Part shown: piece after piece, positions 8,987 to 16,443 of the stretch
Layout of the letters: every line of letters starts with the position of its first letter
How positions within the stretch are numbered: position 1 is the first letter of the stretch
IMG/VR virus record: IMGVR_UViG_3300032294_001672
Location: 1 to 31,729 of that record
Reading direction: 5' to 3' (one strand)
DNA length: 31,729 bases
DNA from: a virus
Lineage: Duplodnaviria > Caudoviricetes
Notes under the pieces: model-generated
What the model was told of the DNA's origin: nothing
The model's input: the letters and a program-made list of their open reading frames with translations, nothing else
Databases searched by the model: none
Translations under genes and position numbers: made by a program

Positions 8987-10732
8987 TTATATACTTTGTA
9001 GTACCACCCAGTCATTATTATAATACTTTGTGTCCAATTCTGTCACGGTTATGGCATTTTCCGTAATTGACTCAACAGGCTTTCCACAATAAAGCTCGAA
9101 GTGGGTTTCAACTTTTGATGCGGTTAGCTCAGAGTCATAAGTAGCAATATTCTTATAGAGGTTGCTTGGGCCACCTACGGACTCATAGTTAAATTTTAAT
9201 TCTCCAGTTACTGGGCTAGTAAATACGATTACAATGTGATGTGGCTCTTCTTGAACTAAATATGAACTAATGTTTGTTTGATTAGTTACATCTATATTGT
9301 TTACATATATCTTAGCTATATTGGCCTTAGAAACCACTCCAGAGCCGTTCCAGGCTAGCCTGGTAGCAGAAGGGTCGGAAGCATAGAAAAGGGTGTTAGA
9401 GGCCAACGTAAGCGGTGTAAAGAACATCTCTATAGACTTTACAGAAGTAGAAGCATTTAAACTAAAGCCTGATCCATTTTTAGCCCTAATTCCATTCATA
9501 TAATGTCTTGATAAAATTGGATAATTTAAAGAGCCTAAATAGTAATCGGTTGATGAGGTTATTTTGTCCCCAAAATTATCTGCATATATTGTTCTATCCG
9601 CATAAAATGTTATACAGAAGAATGATAGTTTTGGCAGATACTTACTTGCATCTGTAGTAGACATTGTAATTTTAATATATACATTACCGCTAGAGTTAAA
9701 TGAATCTTTAGTATATTGTGGTAGTGGCTGTCCATTTACACATGGAGAATATGCAATTCCGTCTACACTAGACTCTACAGTAATTCCTAAATCATTACGC
9801 CATTCAATTTTTGAAGTAGTTAGACCTATTTGTGAAGGCACAAAGAAATAGTCGTTTATAATAAATGTTTTGGCTTCGGCTGTATCTGTTTTATAAAAAG
9901 AAATATATCTATTGTTTGAATCATAGTAAGTGTTTTCGTCTACAAAATCTGACCAGGCCTTACTTGCTGGATAAGAGTAGTCCATTACAGCTTTAATATT
10001 TGCATCCGTTCCAGTAAACAATATTCCCTTATCTGGATAAACAACATTGATTGCAGAAGTGCAAATATTTCCGTCAACATAATGTTTTCTTATAGAGTCA
10101 GGTTGTAGTCCATATCTGTATACCGCTGGAGCATCTATTATAAATGTATCTCCAATAACTGATGTTGGGCCTACCTGTAATCCTAAAGTGGTGTTTGTAA
10201 ATTTAAAATTAGATAAAGCTTTAGAGTCGACGGCAAACGAATCTATGTATAGGGTTATGGCTCCAACTGAATAAACTCCTACAAGATGGATAGATTTTTT
10301 GCTATATGTAACGCAGTATCTGATTGATTCTGTATCAGACACTTTAAATACGATATCTCCATTTTCCCAGAATAAGCCTATATCATTTGTTGGGTCTGCA
10401 AATATTGGAGTTTCTGAAGAAGATTCAATCGATGGATGTATCCATGCTTCTATTGTAAAGTCATTGTCTGAAGTATATTTTGTTGCAAATCCCGCTCCTA
10501 CATTTGCCCCATAATAATCTTTTGTTACTGGTAAAGTTATATATGCTGTATTTGTAATACGGGTTCCAGAGACTCCGCCAGAAACTAAAGGAAGTATATT
10601 TGATACAGGAGATCCTACATAGGTGGCATTATTTCCGCATCCAGAAATATCTGCAGCTGTTGCACCAGAAGACTCATCCAATGGCCAGAAGCCTATGGGG
10701 TAATCTTTAATAACTTTCAGCTGATATGTCAT
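8987..10732 (-). CDS. LamG/concanavalin A-like domain virion protein
   Basis: PIGFWPLDESSGATAADISG..NNATY, DFTIEAWI, HLVGVY...ITLYID are LamG-like jelly-roll signatures. A second degenerate copy near the C terminus (HHIVIVF). Confidence 0.7.
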   Translation of the reverse strand: MTYQLKVIKDYPIGFWPLDESSGATAADISGCGNNATYVGSPVSNILPLVSGGVSGTRITNTAYITLPVTKDYYGANVGAGFATKYTSDNDFTIEAWIHPSIESSSETPIFADPTNDIGLFWENGDIVFKVSDTESIRYCVTYSKKSIHLVGVYSVGAITLYIDSFAVDSKALSNFKFTNTTLGLQVGPTSVIGDTFIIDAPAVYRYGLQPDSIRKHYVDGNICTSAINVVYPDKGILFTGTDANIKAVMDYSYPASKAWSDFVDENTYYDSNNRYISFYKTDTAEAKTFIINDYFFVPSQIGLTTSKIEWRNDLGITVESSVDGIAYSPCVNGQPLPQYTKDSFNSSGNVYIKITMSTTDASKYLPKLSFFCITFYADRTIYADNFGDKITSSTDYYLGSLNYPILSRHYMNGIRAKNGSGFSLNASTSVKSIEMFFTPLTLASNTLFYASDPSATRLAWNGSGVVSKANIAKIYVNNIDVTNQTNISSYLVQEEPHHIVIVFTSPVTGELKFNYESVGGPSNLYKNIATYDSELTASKVETHFELYCGKPVESITENAITVTELDTKYYNNDWVVLQSI

Positions 10733-10753
10733 AATTATATTATATACTAGATA

Positions 10754-11350
10754 TTACCTTTTATAAAAGAATATGGGGATCAAATACTTGGTCCCAGATA
10801 TTGTTTTTGCAGGCTCGTGAACTATATTCTTTGACTCAAAAACAACAACGCTTCCAGCCTCTGGCTTAATAGATATATTGAAATCTGGAAAGTTTATTTC
10901 TCCGCCTTCATAATCATCATTTAAATAAACAACCATTGAAACTGTTAATGGGTCCTGATCATCATCAAATGAGTCTACGTGGGCACCCATGTATGAGCCA
11001 ACATCGTATTTTTTAATATAAAAGGTTGTAGGTAAATATCCTGACTCAATACCTATATCCTTGCAAAAAGACTCCTCGATAGATAGAACCTTATATGCCA
11101 ACATAGAGCAAAGCTTTGAGTTTATTTTATCTCCGACTGTTTGATTTTGAAAAATATTAAGTCGACATTCTTTTTCTTTACCAAAGATTTCATTAATTCC
11201 AGAAGAAGACCTCCAGTCTTTCCACGGACCTATTTGCGGAATATATGATGCCATCAAGTCGGCCTCTTCTAGTTCTTTCAAAAATAGGTCGGGATCCTCA
11301 ATAACATTTTTATAGTAATGTATTTTAGGATGTAGAACTTCCTTAATCAT
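10754..11350 (-). CDS. prolyl 4-hydroxylase-like 2OG-Fe(II) oxygenase
   Basis: HVD...YLNDDYEGGEINF...KPEAGSVVVF...H...GTKY. Confidence 0.9.
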   Translation of the reverse strand: MIKEVLHPKIHYYKNVIEDPDLFLKELEEADLMASYIPQIGPWKDWRSSSGINEIFGKEKECRLNIFQNQTVGDKINSKLCSMLAYKVLSIEESFCKDIGIESGYLPTTFYIKKYDVGSYMGAHVDSFDDDQDPLTVSMVVYLNDDYEGGEINFPDFNISIKPEAGSVVVFESKNIVHEPAKTISGTKYLIPIFFYKR

Positions 11351-12050
11351 ATTTTGCCTTATATTGTAAAGGAGTTCCCTCTTCCTTAGCTTTAGCCCAT
11401 TCCTTATAGGTTTCTTCTTGCTCAGCTCTTGTTTGCTTTAGCTCAGCTTCCCATTCTGCAACTTGCTCTGGTGTATATACGGCATCAGCATTATCCCAGA
11501 AAGATCCAACTGTGTATCTTTCTGCATTTTTAACAGTTGAAACTTCGTGCTCATTACCATATCCACCCTTAAAGAATGCTAATCTTCCTGGTTTTGGCTT
11601 AATAACTATATCGTGATGCTTAAAGTTTAAGTCTCCACCCTCAAAGTTATCATTTAAATATAAAAATCCTGCATACTTACTTTTATAAAATGCGGATGGG
11701 CTTCCGTCTTCATGTGTATTATCTGAATGAAAACTTGCAAAAGCTCCTACTACCCATTTTTGTGCGTGGTAGCTGACCTCAGACAATTCTCTTCCAAAAC
11801 ACTCTTCTCCTGCTTTTTTAATTTTTTCTTTTAATTGTGAAAAATAATCTCTTGGCAATCCAAACAGTAATAGATTATCGTCGTGTGGCCAATACCCCAT
11901 TGCAAAAGAACCATAAAATGAAATTTGATTCCATTCTAAATATCCTGCATTTACAATTCCGTCCAGGTATCCAATAATTGCACTGCATTCTTCTGGCGGT
12001 ATTAAGTTATCTATAACAAATACGTCATCCTTTAGCGTTACAATTTCCAT
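11343..12050 (-). CDS. prolyl 4-hydroxylase-like 2OG-Fe(II) oxygenase
   Basis: HSD...YLNDNFEGGDLNF...KPKPGRLAFF...HEV...ERY. Confidence 0.9.
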   Translation of the reverse strand: MEIVTLKDDVFVIDNLIPPEECSAIIGYLDGIVNAGYLEWNQISFYGSFAMGYWPHDDNLLLFGLPRDYFSQLKEKIKKAGEECFGRELSEVSYHAQKWVVGAFASFHSDNTHEDGSPSAFYKSKYAGFLYLNDNFEGGDLNFKHHDIVIKPKPGRLAFFKGGYGNEHEVSTVKNAERYTVGSFWDNADAVYTPEQVAEWEAELKQTRAEQEETYKEWAKAKEEGTPLQYKAKYD

Positions 12051-12906
12051 AGCCAGATTCCTCTTCTCTTTCCAATATTTCTAGTGCATATTGTATATCT
12101 TGCTCAGACGGCATAACTCTTACACCATCTTTGAAAACTATATTTCCTCCATAAACATCTTCAGCCATTCTTCTTCTTTCCATTTGAGCCCACTTAACTG
12201 CCCCGTACTTTGCTTGATTGGCTAGCCATTCTTCAGATCCTTCATATGGGTAAAACATAAAGTTTCTAATTAAATATTTATTTCCCTGTGTTGCTGTTCT
12301 TACCCCATGATAATAAGGCTCTCCTGATGGAAATACCATAATATCTCCTGCCTCTGGTTTATATGCTGGAACAAATTCTCCGTCTACATAAAATTCAATT
12401 TCTCCACCCTCATAGTCATCATTTATATAAACAGTACAGGTTATAAAAAATTGATTGCCAGGCATATCTTTTTCTGTTTGCTTAAAATCAGTATGAAATT
12501 GCATGGTTAGATTATTTTTTAAGGTGTCTACGTTTGTGTGGTATTTACAAAAAGATGAAGATCCCAGTTCACAATCTTTTGGAAGCTCTACATTATACTT
12601 TTCAATATAATGATCTAGTGCTACATTGTATGCATCAAAAACTGTTTCCGCAGCCCAGTATTCGTTATCAAATGTTTCACTTTTTCCAAGGTGGTCTTTG
12701 ACAGCATCTTTATGTTTTGTACTTGAGTATAATCCAAATGCGCTCCACTGATACCATGGATTAAAATAATGCTCTCCAGAGTCTTTATCCTCTTCTGTTA
12801 AACTTTCTGTTGATTTTATAATTTCAAAAATCTTTTTGTGATCTGGTAACAACCCTTTGTATACTTCAATTTTAGGGTATAGTGTTTTTGATACTATATC
12901 ACTCAT
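12025..12906 (-). CDS. prolyl 4-hydroxylase-like 2OG-Fe(II) oxygenase
   Basis: HTD...YINDDYEGGEIEF...KPEAGDIMVFPS...HGV...GNKY. Confidence 0.9.
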   Translation of the reverse strand: MSDIVSKTLYPKIEVYKGLLPDHKKIFEIIKSTESLTEEDKDSGEHYFNPWYQWSAFGLYSSTKHKDAVKDHLGKSETFDNEYWAAETVFDAYNVALDHYIEKYNVELPKDCELGSSSFCKYHTNVDTLKNNLTMQFHTDFKQTEKDMPGNQFFITCTVYINDDYEGGEIEFYVDGEFVPAYKPEAGDIMVFPSGEPYYHGVRTATQGNKYLIRNFMFYPYEGSEEWLANQAKYGAVKWAQMERRRMAEDVYGGNIVFKDGVRVMPSEQDIQYALEILEREEESGYGNCNAKG

Positions 12907-13583
12907 TTTGAATCCTTGTCTAATTTAGATATTGTCCAAAACCAAGGAGATGTATATCTGGTTCCTGATGTAATTACATCAACTCCGTGAATATAGTTTA
13001 AGTCCCCAGGGAAAAAATAAGCTGCTTTTCTTTTAGGTCTTATTGCTACATCTTGTTTTGGAAAATGCAGTCTTCCGCCTTCATAATCTTCGTTTAAATA
13101 AAATATTGTTCCGATGTCATACCACGGAAAGTTTCCAGGTTGTCCAGCATCTGGGCCTTCGTGCAACTCTTTATCTGCATGTGGCCACTGCATAGATCCT
13201 ACTGGCCATCTAACCAAGCACGGCCCTGTTGGGTAAACCTCTACATTAAAATGCTTTTCAATAACTGGCTTTAGTCTTTGGATAATTTCCTCTAGCTTTA
13301 TTGCTACCTCAGGGTTTCCTTTGTCCAACGAAGCTCTTGTGGCAACACGATCTCTCCACACATCGTGCTGATAAATTACTGTACCGTTTTCATTAACTAC
13401 ATCTTGTCCGCCATCCCAAATGTTGTTATTTTTTATATAATTTAATAGATACTCACACTCTTCTTCTGTAAGAAAATCTTCTACCTCAACAATATTTTCT
13501 TTACCTGCGCCAAAATACCCTGATGGGGTAATTGAGGTTCTGTGTGTTCTTAAATCAGATTCGTTAACGTGCATTTTTTTCAC
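12903..13583 (-). CDS. prolyl 4-hydroxylase-like 2OG-Fe(II) oxygenase
   Basis: DFLTEEEC; HAD...YLNEDYEGGRLHF...HGV...GTRY. Confidence 0.9.
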   Translation of the reverse strand: MKKMHVNESDLRTHRTSITPSGYFGAGKENIVEVEDFLTEEECEYLLNYIKNNNIWDGGQDVVNENGTVIYQHDVWRDRVATRASLDKGNPEVAIKLEEIIQRLKPVIEKHFNVEVYPTGPCLVRWPVGSMQWPHADKELHEGPDAGQPGNFPWYDIGTIFYLNEDYEGGRLHFPKQDVAIRPKRKAAYFFPGDLNYIHGVDVITSGTRYTSPWFWTISKLDKDSK

Positions 13584-13591
13584 CTATCATC

Positions 13592-14320
13592 TTATTCATA
13601 TTTCTTGGGGACCCAAGTTTTTTGTTTATAAACTCCAAATTTTTCATTTCCAAACTCGTCTTGCCTATAAATTTTTGTATGGCTTTCATGCTTTTCAACC
13701 ATTTCTTCTTCTGTAAAAAAGTTAACTTCAGAAGTCCATTCTTCCCTTTTGTAAGGAAAAATTTGAGCATAAGGAGTTCCCTTTTTAATAATACCCTGAA
13801 AGGTATTTTTTATAAAAAACGGCATAAGGCCTGGTGGTCCATACCTATCACTGTCAATTATACCGCTTGTAGTCAAAAAAGGCAGCTCGAAATGATTTAT
13901 TGGATGTGTTACTAAAGCACTATATCCCTCTGGCAAGGTGAATCCCCAGTTAGGGTACCAATGATATGATTGATCGTAGTATCCTTCTGGATAATAAAAT
14001 TCGCCCATGTGTGGCCTACCATCGCAAAATCCCTCAAAACCCTTTTCTGGTTGAATATAAGTAATTTGATCATATCTAGAAACAGCCACATCGCATGGGG
14101 TTGTCAACATATATCCAGATGAAAAAACATCAAGTAGCGCTGGGCAAGATTTAAATCCAGGACCCTTTTTGTTTCTTGGTGGAAAATCTATAACCTTTTT
14201 ATCTTTATCCGTCCAATATTTGCTAGCATTTAAAAACCAGTCTGGAGTAGTTTTTTTTGCAGGCAAGGGAGCAGTATCTTTGTCATTATAAATTCTATTT
14301 GAATTGAAAACAATTTTCAT
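13592..14320 (-). CDS. DUF6065-related conserved phage protein (possible dUTPase-like beta fold)
   Basis: PAKK..PDWF, KSCPA..D...SGY, W...LPEGYSAL..HP.N...LPF...SGIIDSD, IKKGTPYAQIFP; same motif order as the neighbouring gene. Confidence 0.5.
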   Translation of the reverse strand: MKIVFNSNRIYNDKDTAPLPAKKTTPDWFLNASKYWTDKDKKVIDFPPRNKKGPGFKSCPALLDVFSSGYMLTTPCDVAVSRYDQITYIQPEKGFEGFCDGRPHMGEFYYPEGYYDQSYHWYPNWGFTLPEGYSALVTHPINHFELPFLTTSGIIDSDRYGPPGLMPFFIKNTFQGIIKKGTPYAQIFPYKREEWTSEVNFFTEEEMVEKHESHTKIYRQDEFGNEKFGVYKQKTWVPKKYE

Positions 14321-15033
14321 TTTGTTAAATCTTTAACTCCAAGCTTAATCGACTTAACTTCGTGCTCTCCTAAACGATTTCCCATATAATCTACAGCGTC
14401 TCTATAGTAATCAGTCCATGTTCCCTCAGCACTTGCTTTTTCTGCTGCAGCCATAGCGCCCTCCATTGTAAGTGGGACATCTCTTTTAATTCGTGGTGCA
14501 TGTATTCCATGATGTATATCAATTGTAGAATTATTTAAATCTGTAAGTGATATAGGCATTATTGCAATAAATGGCTCATTTGCTTTTATTGTAATCGGAA
14601 CAAATGGTCTCGTAATTTTCCAAGCAACGGGCAGTGGACCTTCGAAAAAGGATGTGCTCAATATACTTGTGACTGCACTTGCTCCATCAGTAAAACTATT
14701 TGGAACTGGAAAAGAAAGAAGACTATAATTTTTATCTGTAACAAACTGAAGATTGGTTTTAAAATTAATTGTTGCATGCCCTCTTCCAGTTTCACAATAC
14801 TTTTCCCCTTGAAGAACCTTAACGTTGTCTGGATAAGTACTAATAATTCCATCCCACATAAATGTTATATCTTCTGGAAAAGACAATCCCCAGCCTAATT
14901 GATTTGTTAAAGTAAGCGGAAAACATCTATAAGCATGCTTATGTGTAGTTTCATCCATCCAGTTTCTTTTTGCAGAAAGGGGTGTTATGTCCGCACAAAT
15001 ATCTGAAGCTTTATAGGCAGTTAAATTAATCAA
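14317..15033 (-). CDS. DUF6065 family protein
   Basis: RNWMDET..KHAYRCFPL...NQLGW matches my recollection of the DUF6065 N-terminal motif (R.WM...AYRC.PL..AN..GW). Confidence 0.65.
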   Translation of the reverse strand: MINLTAYKASDICADITPLSAKRNWMDETTHKHAYRCFPLTLTNQLGWGLSFPEDITFMWDGIISTYPDNVKVLQGEKYCETGRGHATINFKTNLQFVTDKNYSLLSFPVPNSFTDGASAVTSILSTSFFEGPLPVAWKITRPFVPITIKANEPFIAIMPISLTDLNNSTIDIHHGIHAPRIKRDVPLTMEGAMAAAEKASAEGTWTDYYRDAVDYMGNRLGEHEVKSIKLGVKDLTK

Positions 15034-15781
15034 CTTGTTTTTCTTCCATTAGTTGTTCTGCTGGCTTAAACTTTTTACCCTCCGTAATATGATTATATTC
15101 ATAGCTAGCCTCAATTTCTCTATATAGTGGAGTATGCGGTGCTTCTTGATAATCTAACATTGTGACAACTGCATATTTTGTTCCTGATGTTACTGGCATT
15201 GCAGCATGTGAGTATATAAAAGAAGATGGGAATAGATAAAGGTCGCCAGCTCTTGGTTTTACTTTAACACCAAGTTTATCAAAAAATAGTTCTCCACCCT
15301 CATAGTCATCATTTAAATATCCAACTGAGGATAGAACACAAACGTAAGAGTATCCATGATCTGAATGGACATTAAAATGTTGATTTTTGCCATACTTAAT
15401 AAAATTAAAAGCTTCCCAATAATTTAATGGAGGGATTTGGAACATATTCATATAATCATAAACTGCTGAAAGTTGAGCGGTTTTTGACTCTCTCCAAATA
15501 CTACGTAACTCAAATTCTTCTTCTGTAAAATCTTCTGGCTCAACGTGTGTGCCGTTTCCAAGCATTAAAGATCCACCTACGTTTTCTTTAATCTTAAAAT
15601 CCCAAGCATCTCTATAATCTTTATTTAGCGTATCATATCCAGTTTGAGCAAGGTTCCAGTGTTTCTTGCCCTGTGTTTTAGAAAGAACAGCTTCTAGTCT
15701 TGTGTCTAAATTATATTCTTTTTTAAATACATCTCTGTATACAATAATGCCTGGATAAATTGTTTCTGCATTTGGTAGCAT
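15026..15781 (-). CDS. prolyl 4-hydroxylase-like 2OG-Fe(II) oxygenase
   Basis: KYG..QHF..HSD...YLNDDYEGGELFF...FPSSFIYSH...GTKY. Confidence 0.9.
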   Translation of the reverse strand: MLPNAETIYPGIIVYRDVFKKEYNLDTRLEAVLSKTQGKKHWNLAQTGYDTLNKDYRDAWDFKIKENVGGSLMLGNGTHVEPEDFTEEEFELRSIWRESKTAQLSAVYDYMNMFQIPPLNYWEAFNFIKYGKNQHFNVHSDHGYSYVCVLSSVGYLNDDYEGGELFFDKLGVKVKPRAGDLYLFPSSFIYSHAAMPVTSGTKYAVVTMLDYQEAPHTPLYREIEASYEYNHITEGKKFKPAEQLMEEKQVD

Positions 15782-16408
15782 TTAGTTTGACTCCTTTTTA
15801 TGTTTTTTGTCAATATAAGCATCATATTCTTTTGAATGAGCATCATCGTTATAATCTAACATGGTGACAAAAGAATACTTGGTGCCAGAATTTACTGGAA
15901 GCGCTATGTGAGAATAAATAAACGAAGATGGAAATATAATTAAGTCTCCAGCTTTAGGTTCTATGTGCAAATCAAATTTAGGAAAAAATAGTCCTCCGCC
16001 AGTATAGTTATCATTAGGATATCCAACTAAAGAAACTGCAGACTTATAAGACCAACCATCATCTGAATGCTCTTTAAAGTATTGTCCCTTTCCATACTTT
16101 ACAACATTTGTCCATTCCCAAAAATCCATCCTGATGCTGTACATTTCACAGTAATCAAGAACTGCTTCTTTTTGACAATTATAAATATCATTATATATAT
16201 CTATATATTCTGGCAAATTATACATTTTTAGATCTTGGCAATCTCTATAATCTAGATCTTGATCCTCTAAACATACAGTAGCGGTATTCCACTTTAAAAC
16301 ATTAGCGTTTACTTTATCTTCAATTCTTTGAATTAAATTTAAATCTTCTGGAAAAGAATTTGGATATTTCCATATACCAGGATACAGTTGTTGTTTATTA
16401 TATATCAT
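15782..16408 (-). CDS. prolyl 4-hydroxylase-like 2OG-Fe(II) oxygenase
   Basis: KYG..QYF..HSD...YPNDNYTGGGLFF...FPSSFIYSH...GTKY; close paralogue of 15026-15781. Confidence 0.9.
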   Translation of the reverse strand: MIYNKQQLYPGIWKYPNSFPEDLNLIQRIEDKVNANVLKWNTATVCLEDQDLDYRDCQDLKMYNLPEYIDIYNDIYNCQKEAVLDYCEMYSIRMDFWEWTNVVKYGKGQYFKEHSDDGWSYKSAVSLVGYPNDNYTGGGLFFPKFDLHIEPKAGDLIIFPSSFIYSHIALPVNSGTKYSFVTMLDYNDDAHSKEYDAYIDKKHKKESN

Positions 16409-16414
16409 AAATAC

Positions 16415-16443
16415 ATAATATCATATTTAAAAAACCTAGTCAA
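16415..16443 (-). promoter_or_regulatory. promoter for oxygenase operon, probably leaderless
   Basis: TTGACT-17 nt-TATTAT with extended TG, then 6 nt to ATG 16408; no SD. Confidence 0.7.
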
